DNA of 64,000 nucleotides from Escherichia coli (GTDB lineage Bacteria; Pseudomonadota; Gammaproteobacteria; Enterobacterales; Enterobacteriaceae): NCBI RefSeq assembly GCF_041248615.1, contig NZ_CP158426.1; one strand, 5' to 3'. Shown piece by piece: positions 63,867 to 64,000 of this stretch (position 1 is its first letter; each line of letters starts with the position of its first letter). The notes under the pieces were generated by a model. It saw only the letters and a program-made list of their open reading frames with translations, ran no database searches and was not told where the DNA came from. The position numbers and the translations under genes were made by a program.

Positions 63867-64000
63867 GTGCTTACCGATACAAAATTAAAAAACCTCAAGC
63901 CGCAGGACAAACTGTACAAGGTCTCCGATCGTGACGGGCTGTATGTAGCTGTGCTTACGTCAGGCACGGTCTCGTTTCGCTATGACTACCGTATCAACGG
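63867..64000 (+). CDS. P4-type tyrosine integrase, N-terminal arm-binding domain; 3' end outside the window
   Basis: GTG start at 63867, open to the window end: (M)LTDTKLKNLKPQDKLYKVSDRDGLYVAVLTSGTVSFRYDYRING, the typical DUF4102-type integrase N-terminus. Confidence 0.55.
   Translation, partial: MLTDTKLKNLKPQDKLYKVSDRDGLYVAVLTSGTVSFRYDYRIN

Overview
This window is an Escherichia coli-type chromosomal segment, identified by recognition of the translated ORFs and their gene order; no database search was run. The conserved backbone runs yphEDC-(yphB)-yphA, hcaDBCFE (minus strand) with hcaR-hcaT, csiE, yfhR, suhB, trmJ, iscRSUA-hscBA-fdx-iscX, pepB, sseB, sseA, yfhM, pbpC, ndk, rlmN, rodZ, ispG, hisS, yfgM, bamB, der, yfgJ, then xseA and guaBA. 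Three insertion sequences from different families interrupt it: an IS150-like IS3-family element sitting in a REP element between yphB and yphA, an IS481-family element between sseB and sseA, and an IS21-family element inside a sinH-like gene. yphB also carries an in-frame nonsense codon. The main accessory content lies between yfgJ and xseA (about 44.8-59.0 kb). It has an AT-rich leader, a sinH-like inverse autotransporter gene split by the IS21 element, a sinI-like secreted protein, and a 2680-aa RatA-like protein made of nine tandem repeats of about 280 aa. A P4-type integrase gene begins just downstream of the guaA terminator at the window edge, which suggests a second island. I found no CRISPR array, tRNA or rRNA gene, or canonical defence system. 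The most unusual content is the poorly characterised surface-protein island, and it is the best candidate for something new here.
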